Source of the DNA: Deltaproteobacteria bacterium TL4
GTDB taxonomy: Bacteria; SAR324; NAC60-12
Direction: 5' to 3'
Assembly (NCBI GenBank): GCA_051382335.1
Contig: JBBCAX010000289.1
Coordinates: 1-41,453, forward strand
Length of the DNA: 41,453 bases
The translations under genes and the position numbers were made by a program. The notes under the pieces were generated by a model. That model did not search any database and was not told the origin of the DNA. It saw nothing but the letters and a program-made list of their open reading frames with translations. Position 1 is the first letter of the stretch. Each line of letters opens with the position of its first letter. Below are positions 1 through 10,200 of this stretch, in pieces.

Positions 1-58
1 GCCAGGCTTCAAATTGACGAAGGACTTCTTCTAAAGTGGGTTTTTGATGGGATTGCAT
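1..58 (-). CDS. N-terminus of an IS66 TnpA-like accessory protein (partial)
   Basis: GGAAAGGAG RBS, then ATG at 58 giving MQSHQKPTLEEVLRQFEAW. This resembles the LEEV..F..WR start of IS66-associated small ORFs as I recall them. Only 19 codons are visible. Confidence 0.45.
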   Translation of the reverse strand, partial: MQSHQKPTLEEVLRQFEAW

Positions 59-139
59 GATGACTCCTTTCCTTTGATGTGTTCAAAAGAACATCATACA
101 TAAAAAAAGGAGGATTGTTACCCAGTCCGGAAGGTCACA
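1..139 (-). mobile_element. Left end of an insertion sequence (IS66-like, tentative), truncated by the window edge
   Basis: The reconstructed adhesin frame appears to break off at 140. The minus strand then reads TGTGACCTTCCGGACTGGGTAACA (139-116), an imperfect palindrome containing GTAA at 121. A strong RBS and a new ORF follow. The true end could be 139 or 121. Confidence 0.5.
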
Positions 140-3100
140 TTTAGTAATGATTACATCACCTGAAATTTTACCCGCTTCTTTCTCTGTATCAATGAAAGTT
201 ACACTAACAGCGGCGTTGGTGGGCAAAATATCATAATGGTATTGATCACACTAACATCTTCAGGATTCAGGGACTTATAACCACTCGTGTCTTCGTTAGA
301 GTCTGAGTTGATGGTCAACTGAATGCCATAGCTGATATTCCCATCTGTAATATCGTCATCAACCCCTGTTACTATCACTGTTTGTTCCGTGTTCCAGTTG
401 GAGGTGGAGATGGTAATTGAGGAAGGCCCAACAACGCCTTCAGTTGTATCGGACATGACTATGTCAATCACGACATTACCTGTAGGCTCACTGGGCTTCA
501 CAGTGAATGTGGCGGTTTCTATTGCTTCTGTAGTGTTGCCACTAATCGCACTGATAATGAAGCCTGGAGAGTCATTATCAGTATTAGTCAATGAAACATC
601 ATCAGGGTTCATGGAAGCATAACCGCTAGTATCCATAGTGTTTCCAGAATTGATGGTGAGTTGCACCATATAATTTTGATTACCATCCGCCACGTCATCA
701 TTGACGCCTGTGACAGTGACCGTTTTGTTTGCGTTCCAGTTGGTTGGAGTAAATGTCAAGGAAGATGGTGAGACAGTGCCTTCGGTTGTATCAGACGTAA
801 CCACCTCAATCACGACATTGGCTGTAGGCTCACTGGTCAGTTTCACAGTGAAGGTGGCGGTTCCTGTTGCTTCAGTCGTATTGCCGCTGATTGAGCTAAT
901 GGAAAATCCAGATATCTCTCCCATATCGGCGTTAATCAAACTAACTTCATCAGGATTCAACGAGGCGTAACCGCTGGTATCGGCGATACTTACTGAATTA
1001 ACCGTGAGTTGAACCGTGTAGTCTTGATTGCCATCTGCGATGTTATCGTTGACGCCTGTGACTGTGATCGTTTGGTTTGCGTTCCAGTTGATGGAGGTGA
1101 AGGCCAGAGATGATGGTGAAACGCTGCCCTCGGTAGTATCTGACGTGGCCCATTGATCACGACATTGCCTGTAGGCTCACTGGTCAGTTTCACAGTGAAG
1201 GTGGCGGTGGTTGCAACCTCAGTCGTGTTGCCGCTGATGGTTGAAATGATAAAGCCAGCAGTTTCTCCCATATCGGTATTGCTCACACTGACATCGTCAG
1301 GATTGAGGGTCAAATAGCCACTGGTATCGGTAGTGGTATTGGTGTTGATGGAGAGTTGCACCGTATAACCTTGATTACCATCGGCGATGTCATCATTGGC
1401 TCCTGTCACGGTAATGGTTTGGTTAGCGTTCCAATTGTCAGGGGTAAAGGTTAAACTTGAGGCTGAAACCGTGCCTTCAGTGGAATCACTACTGACCACG
1501 TCCAGTACGACATTGCCCATAGGCTCGCTCGTGAGTTTGACGGTAAACAGAGCACTCGTTCCATCTTCAGCGGTGTTGCCGCTGATGGCGCTGAGGTTGA
1601 ATCCTGGGTGGTCATCGTCAAGATTGGCAGCAGTGACAGTCTCAGAATTCAGCAAGGCATAACCACTGTCATCCAAAGTTCCGACCGTATTGATGGTGAG
1701 TTGGATGGTATAGTTTTGATTGCCATCGGTGACGTCATCATTGACGCCCGTCAAGGTGATCGTCTGATTGGCGTTCCAATTGTGCAGGGTGAAGGTCAGG
1801 GAAGAGGGAGAAACGGTACCTTCCGTGGAGTCCGCTGTCGCAACCTCAAGCAGCACATTGTCGGTGGGTTTGCTCTGGAGTTTGACCGTAAAAGTGGCGG
1901 TTCCTCCAGCTTCGGTGGTGTTCCCTTGAACCGCGCTGAAGATGAGGCCTGCTGTTTCGTTATCGGTGTTGATCACAGCTACGTCACGGGGGTTCAAGTC
2001 TCCATATCCTTTAAGGTCTTTGGTTTCAGCCAAGTTGAGGGTCAGGAGAATCGTGTAATTTTGGTTGCCATCAGCACTCTCGTCATCCATTCCCGTCACA
2101 GTGACGGTTTGGTTCGCGTTCCAGTTGGAAGATGTAAAGGTGAGTTTGACGGGTGACGCTGTCCCTTCACTGGCATCAGAACTGACCACCTCAAGCACCA
2201 CAGCTCCAGTCGGTTCGCTATTGAGTTTGATGGTAAAAGTGGCGGTTTCTCCCGCTTCAGAAGTCTGCCCCTGAAGCGCGCTGATCGTGAAACCTGTGGT
2301 TTCATCATCGCGATTCACCACCAGCACGTCTTGAGGGTCCAATTGATGATAATTGGGATTGTCTGAGGTGGTTTTTCCCAGCAGGACTGGATACGTTTGA
2401 TCCCCATCCGCGATATTGTCATCCAAACCCGTAACAGTCACGAGCTGTTCCGCGTTCCAATTGTCAGGAGTGAAGGTTAAACTGGCGGGACTGACTGTGC
2501 CTTCACTGGCGTCTCCGCTGGAAAGCGGAAAGCGGAAAGCGGAAAGGTAACGTTTGCGGTTGGAGCGCGCAGGAGTTTGACTGTGAAGGTGGCCGTCTCG
2601 CCTGTTTCTGAAGTCTCTCCGCTGATGGCGCTGATAATAAAGCCAAAAGCCTCATCATCAAGATTGGTGACCGTGACTGGTTCCGGCGTTAAGCCCTGGT
2701 AAGCGGAATCGGTACTTTGCGCCGCTTCCATCACAATGCTGTAGTTTTGATTGCCGTCTTCTTCAGTGTCATCCACGCCCGTCACTGTGACGGTTTGCGG
2801 AGCCTTCCAGTTCTGAGGCGTGAAGGTAAGTTGCTGAAGCGAAACGAGGCCTTCTGTAGTGTCACTGCTGGAAAGCGGAATCACAACATCAGCACTTGGG
2901 GCGACGTTCAAGTGCAGCGTAAAGGTGGCGGTTCCGCCTTTTTCGGTAGTCAGGCCGCTGATCGTGCTGATTCTGAAGCCTGGAAGTTCGTTGTCCTCGT
3001 TGATCACGGTAACACTTTCAAGACTTAACTGATGGTAGCCCATATCTTGACTGGCAGCGTTCCCCAAAAGAATTGAAACCCTTTGGTTGCCGTCATCTTC

Positions 3101-4108
3101 CGAATCGTCGATTCCAGTGAGGGTGACGGTTTGAGGGGCGTTCTAATTCAGCGGAGTGAAGATCAGGGTTTGCGGAAAGACTGTGACTTCCGTCGTATCA
3201 CCGCTGGAAAGGGAAAGGGTGACTTCCGCTGAAGGCGCGACATTCAAGCGCACCGTGAAGGTCGCGGTTTCTCCAAATTCATTGGTATTTCCACTGACCG
3301 CGCTTATGGTGATTCCCGGGGTTTCGTTATCGAGGTTTTCCACCTGGCGGTCCTCAGGGTCCAGGCCCTGATAAACGGTATCCTGACTGACCGCGGCGGA
3401 CAGGACGATGTGATAAAACTGATTGCCATCCGCGGCGGCGTCATCCACACCTTGAACCGTCGCTGTTTGCGGGGTTTCCCAATTGTCAGGAGTGAAACGG
3501 AGTTCCTTTTGGAGAATGATACCTTCAGCCTGATTATCACTGGCTAAAGGCACAATTACATCCGCGGTCGGCTGACTGTGAATCTGAACCGTGAAGGAGG
3601 CGGTTTGTCCGGCTTCTGAGGTCTTTCCGCTGAGAGGGCCAACCGTAAACCCAGGTGAATCGTCATCCACATTGACGACTTTGACATCGTCAAGATTGAT
3701 GGTCTGATAGTTGGTGTCGCTGGTAACAACGGTTCCCAAAATCACAGCGTAGCGTTTTTCTCCATCCGCGACGGAGTCATCCACGCCGGTGACCGTGACG
3801 CTTTGCCGCGTATTCCAGTTTTCCGCGGTGAAGGTCAATTGGGAAGTGGAAACCGTTCCCTCTGTCCGCTTACTGCTGGAAACCGGGAGGACAACGTCAT
3901 GGGTTGGGATTTGTTTGAGTTTGACCGTAAACGTGGCGTAAGTTCCGGTTTCCGAGGTTTTGTTGCTGATCGGACTGATGTCAAAGCCCAACTCGGCTGG
4001 CGTGGGCGTGAGTTCATCATCAAAGTTTTCGTCCCATAAACAAGAAGGCATCCCCGTTAGCATGAGGAGAAGCAGGATTACCAGGTTTGTGACTTGTGAG
4101 TTTTTCAT
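140..4108 (-). pseudogene. Disrupted large secreted/lipoprotein adhesin-like protein with 11 Calx-beta-like repeats
   Basis: ORFs 3143-4108, 2477-3067, 990-2441 and 199-960 join into one protein of ~110-120-aa repeats (GF.ISAISG.T.E.G.TATFTV.L...P...V...S.D.TEG.VSP..LTFT..NWN..QTVTVTG.DD...DG.Q.Y). ATG at 4108 is followed by a hydrophobic signal ending TGMPSC. Lesions: TAG at 3143-3145, +14 bp at 2520-2546, -1 bp near 1151, -1 bp near 237. Confidence 0.85.
2520..2546 (+). repeat. Heptanucleotide tandem repeat (GGAAAGC)x3 plus GGAAAG
   Basis: Read directly from the sequence. The equivalent site in the neighbouring repeat (2870-2880) has a single unit. Confidence 0.95.
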
Positions 4109-4184
4109 GGTCTCACCGATTTTAAAACTTGGTTTGACAATATTTTTTCTTTTACACTTTTGACGGGTTAGAATCTTACTCAGG

Positions 4185-4209
4185 GGTCGGGCATGTAATC
4201 CCGACCTAC
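4185..4209 (-). repeat. GTAG-type REP-like palindrome downstream of pfaC
   Basis: The minus strand reads GTAGGTCGGGATTACATGCCCGACC: a GTAG tetranucleotide plus a GGTCGGG/CCCGACC stem, 20 bp after the pfaC stop. There is no U-tract. Only one copy was seen. Confidence 0.6.
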
Positions 4210-4229
4210 CACATTTTTTTCTCATTGCC

Positions 4230-7200
4230 TTAAGCTTCAACGAGGCAAACTACCAGGTCTGTAATTTCATAAATTCGTAAGCCATCTTTATATAAATTGG
4301 CATTTGCCGTAAGGCTGACCTTTTCAGGGGTTTCCTCAATCTGAGTGATGGACACATCCAGCGTCATCACTTTATTTGCGGGAATGATTTGTCCTCGGTA
4401 TTTCCATTTGATCGTTCCCAGGTTTTGATGAAACTTGGGGGATCGAAAACGCGCGCCCAAATCCTGATGCAGGGCAAACACCTGCATCGCTTGCATGATT
4501 CCTTCAACCCCTAAGGATCCAGGCATAACAGGATCCTGGTGAAAATGGAATGGAAAAAACCAATCATGCACATCCACTGTTTTGGAAGCAAAAATATAGC
4601 CCTTTTGTTTTTTGCCTCCATTTTCGACAATTTTAACCTCATCCAGGAAATTGAGTTGTGGTCGCGCAAGGTGATAATAAGGTTTATCGGGTGTTCCTTC
4701 AAAATATCTTTTTTGTATCGCGTCCGGTTTGTTTTTCAAATCAAGGGTAATGATTGAGGGTTCTGGTATTTGTTCCGCGATATGCCAAGGTGGAAGGCAT
4801 TTGCCTCCATCCAGTCCCAATTGATTGACCAGCATTTCTTTAATAAAATAACCAAACACCGCGGTTCCTTCATAGAACCGTTCGCCTTGATGACTTAAAT
4901 GAAATTCAAACGACTGAATGATGGTACTTCCTGAGGCGACCGTTGAATTGAGTTGCGCGAAGATTGTAATCGTTTTGCCTCGAAGATCCATTTCCTTTAA
5001 CAGATGGCCTTGTCCATCCAGATTTCTGAAATAGAAATCCGTGTCAGGATAAATCAGAGTGGTCCCTACATAAGCGGAAATAAAGCCACAGGGTTGCAGC
5101 GCGATTTCCATCAACAGGGAATAAGGCATCAGGCTTGGATGCGAGTTTTCTTTGAAAAACCAAACATCCGCGGGGACCTCATATTCCGCGACAACCGAGG
5201 CGGGTTTTTTAAATTCATGCCTTTGCCCTTTGACTTCCCAAACACGGTCGGTTAATTGGAGATCCCCATTCGGGGTTCGAGGCGGTTGCCGCTCATCATA
5301 AACGGCAAATTCTGGTCCAAAACAGGCGGCAATGGAGCCTGTCGCGAATTGCTCCAGATGATACTTGCTGAACAGGGGTTCTTTTTCTGGAACCTGAAGG
5401 TTTTTCTCAGGTCTTTGAGTTTTTGTTCCAGGCCGCATTTCTACCATTTGAACGCCAACTCCCTTGAAATCAACTACAATGATCTCGTTGAGAATGATGT
5501 CCACATTGGCTTTGGCGTAAGGGACGGGATCCAGACCAATTTCGGTGACTTCCATGCGGTAAATCAAAGCATTCGATTGGGGGAGCACTTGTCCACGGCA
5601 ACGAACTTTTTGAGGCAAATTCAGCATAGGTTGAAAGCAGGCGTTTTCAGTTTGAGTTTGCAATCCCAGATAGAGGGCAAAAAACTGTAGGAGTTGGCAG
5701 CAGCCTTCCGCCATCAAGGAACCCGCCATGACCTGATCATCTTTGAAATGGCAGGGAAAGTACCAATGCTCGGGTTCCAAACGTTTTTCAGCAATGACCA
5801 TTCCCAAACCCCATGCGCCTCCTTGCGTGTCAATGGAAACAATCCGTTCGATCATGAGCATCTTTTCCGCGGCAAATCGGAGTGAGGAATTACAGCCTCT
5901 TTGATCATAACTGGGACCAAAACAGGCAGAGGGTTTTCCCTGAATGAAATGCAGCAGATCTTCTTTTTCAAACGAGGTTTTTTGGCATTGAAGAAGAGGC
6001 GTAAAGTGTTGTTTGGGGATCTTGCGCTTTTCCGCTTTTTCACTCTCCGTTTCAATAATGCCTTTTCCCTCCGCCAAGGCTTTATCCGTAAAAAAGCCAG
6101 CGCATCCGCCGTCCATCTTCAGGACCATTTTATCGCCAACGAAGCACTCATAGCTGAAGAAGAAAAGTAAATCATCGCCACTTTTGGCAAAGGCATTGAT
6201 TTTGATATCATAGCGCAGTGTCTGACCTTCTTTGGGAAGATGATCCAAAAAGGTCAACGTACAGTCTAACAAACGATAGACCCGTTCCCCCTTGCATTGG
6301 AAATCAATGCCTAAATAACTGATCAACAATAAATCACATTGTCCTGATTCAACGGCAACAGCCCAGGGAATTTGACCATCAATCGAATACCAGGCATGAT
6401 GAGGAATGTCATATTCGGTGGTAATGGAGCAGGGTTCAAATACATTGGTTTTCGCATTGAGTTTTGTCACTCTGCTGACCAGCAGATAATCGGTAGTCGG
6501 CAGTCGAACTCGTCGACGATAACTGTCAATCACCGCGTATTCTTTACCAAAAACATCAGCGATATTTCCTTCCGCGAAGCTTACTAAATCGGCTTCATCC
6601 CAAATCACCTCTTTGGGCTTCGTCACGGGATGAGGAGCAGGTCTCTTCGCGGCTACAGTCGATGGTTCAATAACTACCGCAGAAGGGCCTTTCAAAGAAA
6701 CCGTTGTTTTTCGTTCCGCTTCAGGACGTGAAGGGGCTTGGAAAGAAACCATCGGAGGCGATTCCAACAAGGTCGTTTTGGGGGCTAAGGCCGCAAGGTT
6801 CAAGGAGAACGTAGGGGCTCCCACGGATTGAGCCAGTAACTGAGTTTGAAGCTTAATCAGTTCCGCTACCTGTTGAGACATTTCCTGCCGGCCTTGTAAG
6901 AAGGCTGAATGCGCGTTGCTCACTTGAGCCAGATTATCACTCAGTTGTTGAAAATGAATATTCTTGAACGGGTATAAAGAACCAGGGGTCGCTGTTTGTT
7001 GAGCTGACGTCACCTTGAGCGCTTTTTCCATAAGGAGGGGACTCTCTGAGAAAATGGGTTTTTGAGTTTGAGGCCTTTCTACTAACTTCGGAACGGGTTC
7101 ACGTTTGACTTTCGTTTCAAGTTGCGATTTTTCATGGCTTTTCGCGGGCTTGTGAAACATTGGCGTGACTGGTCGTTCTGTTGAAAAGGCAACATTTGAA

Positions 7201-10200
7201 GAGGCAGAATGCTGCAACGAAGTAAAATATTTGATATTATCTTCCGCAAGCAGAATTTCTTCCAAGCGTTTTCCTCCCAGTTGAACGGTTTTGACCAGGG
7301 AGCGTCCCTGGCTTTCTTTAGGAGGGGTTTGTTGAAATAAAGGCGATAAATCCATCGGAATCTGATGACTGTACAACTTTGCCAAAGCTCTCAAAATGGA
7401 AATAGCTTCACCGGCTCCTTTACGATCTATACCGACTGCGATATGCTCCTGATCCTTCAAAATTCGCCCGATCCAACTGGTACAACTTCCACGGGGTCCA
7501 AGTTCGATAAAAGTTCGTGCGCCATCCTCATAAGCTTGTTGGACCAAGCGGTTAAAATCAACAGGCCCGCAATAAAGCTGGGCAATGTTGTGCGCGATAT
7601 TTTCACGGTCAATCGTGATCGGCGCATACCCGACCGCGGAATAAAAATCGATATTTTGGGGCGGATTGACGGGGTTGAGGTGCAAATTTTTTAACGCCTC
7701 ATAGTCAGGTTTGACTAACTCACAATGCATGACATCGCCCATTGGAACAGGAAAGTGATCACAATCTGCCGCTGCAATGACTCTTAAACACGCGGCCTGA
7801 TCTCCCGCGATCACCACCTCTTCTGGAGTGTTGATAAAAATCAAAAACACTCGTTCTTCTTTCGCTACCAACGGACTAATTTCTGAGGCAGGTTTGATTA
7901 AGGTATAACACCGCCAGAAGGTATTTTCAGGGTCTTGATCCGCAGGAATATTCCACGCTTCCCTCACGGTTTCCATCGGTCCGGCCAAACGAGTACGAAA
8001 CACAGGAGAGGTGTGTAAGATCTCACTCATCTCATCCGTTTTGCTCCAGGCATTTAAAGCATACATCATGGTCACTTCACCCATGCTGTAACCCAAAGTC
8101 AACTGGGGTTCAATCCCAAATATTTTCCGAATGATATCCGTGTATAAAACCGAAAATGAGATCCCACTTTCAAACATCATAATCGCGTGATCGCTGATCA
8201 GTTTTGAGTTGAGCGCGTTGACTTCACTTTCTGACAAACGACTCATGCTTCTGGGATACAAATGCGTATCTCCAACCATTTGTTTCAAGCGTGAAGTATG
8301 GGTCTCAGCGAAACCGTGCAATTCTGGAAACAATTGAAATAAATCACGTCCAACACCGACATAGGAAGTAAAGCCGCCAGGATACACAAACGCGATCTTG
8401 CCTTCCTTCCCTAGGGGTTTGGGCGTAAAGTAACTGCCTCTTAACGAAGTCCAATCCTCGCCTGTCTGATAGGCCTCATGAATTCCCTGTCGTGCCGCTT
8501 TAACTTCCTGTTGGAATTCTTCTGGACTTTGAGCGACCAGAGCCAGGGTTAAGGTGGCCTCAGGCTGTTGCCTGGTTTTTTGATAGGCCTGTTCCGCAAG
8601 CTGGGGAAGAGAGTTCCCTATTTGAAGCTCATGCTCCACGCTATTTAAACCTTTTTGTAATTCTGAAAGATTACTTCCCACAAGCGGAATCAACGTCACA
8701 GGACGTTCAGAAAGATAGTAATTCGCGGGAGTTTCCGCAGAGATTTCTTTAGATAAGATTAAATGACAGCATACTCCATCTTGCCCTAGGCTGTTGACGG
8801 CGGCAATCCGTCGTGTTTGATCCGGCTCACTGAACCAGGTTTTGGATTCTGTGGGAACATAAAACGCGCTGTTTTCCCATTGTTGAGAGACTTTCGGCGT
8901 GTGCCACTGTGGCGTTTCAGGAATAAAACGATGATAAAGACAAAGCGCGGTCTTAATGATACTCGCAATTCCAGAGGCTGTGAAGGTGTGTCCAATATTC
9001 GCTTTAATACTTCCTAAAGCACAGGAGGGTAGGGACTCTGATTTTTGATAAACTTGAGTCAACCCTTGAATTTCAGCCTCATCTTCAGGAGCCATTCCAC
9101 TGCCGAAGGCTTCTACATATTCGACCTCCGAAGGTTGAATTCCCGCGCTGTCAAGAGCACTTCGACAGGCTTTCGCAAACGACTCAGCGTTGAGTCCGTG
9201 TGAAAATCCCAAGGCGTTAAGGGAAGCATAAATCCGTTCTCCCGCTTGCATCGCGTCATCCTGACGCTTTAACACAATCGCGCCCGCGCCTTCGCCGACT
9301 AACCAGCCATTAGCCTGCCGATCAAAGCCCAGCGTGTTTACGCCTGTATTCGCTTTCGATAACTGATTGCGGAAAAGTACATGTTCCAAACCTCCTGCCA
9401 AATCAACAGCTCCAACAACAACAGCATCCACATCTCTGCTGTCCAAAAGCATTTGTGCCACATCCAACGCTTTGAAGACGGAGTTTTCTTCTGCGGAGAT
9501 CGTAAAGGCCGGCCCTGTAAAATCCCAAATGGAGGAAATTCTTGAAGCCATAATATTACCAATAAAGCTGGTATATTGATTCAGTTGCGCGGGATTATGA
9601 ATACTATCCCGTGACAATCTCAACAAGAAATCTTCTTCATCTTCAGTCCAGGTTTGTCGGGTGTTTTGAAACATTTCCTCAAATTGTGAGGACATATTCG
9701 CTCTTCCCCGATATTGATGCAAGGCCAACTCGGTCCCCATGGCAATCAAAACAGCGACGTTTCCACCTTCCGCTACAGGGGAATCCTGCAAGGCCTGATC
9801 GGCGACTTTCAACATCAATAATTGTTGAGAGATCAATTGATCGTTTTCATTGGGTGGAATCTTGTAGCGTAGAAAATCAATCTCAAACGCTTCAATATAG
9901 GCTCCTTGAGGCGCTTTCCCCTCTTCAAAACCATGCGCCCGTAAAATATCCTGCACCCCATCGATCCCTTTCCACCGTTGCGCCGGCAGAGGAACAAAAT
10001 GCTGAGAACCGTCGTAAATCGTGTGATGGAGTTGCTTAACGCCTTCGCAAGAACCAAAGTGACTCTCCATGCCGACAATGGCCATGGGCGTAAAGGTTTT
10101 ATTTTTTGGTTTTTGAAGCACTTCCTGAGAATTTTTCTGCAGGTCGGCTGTATCTTTTTCAAAGACTAAATGGGCATTGCATCCACCAAAACCAAAGGCA

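Noticed and set aside
389..4163. Plus-strand Val/Ser/Thr-rich ORFs over the repeat gene
   Set aside because: They are antisense shadows of the repetitive minus-strand frame, recurring with the repeat period and lacking independent motifs.
4109..4240. 44-codon N-terminal extension of the adhesin ORF overlapping pfaC
   Set aside because: It runs through the REP-like hairpin, and the signal peptide starts at ATG 4108, so translational coupling to pfaC is not supported.
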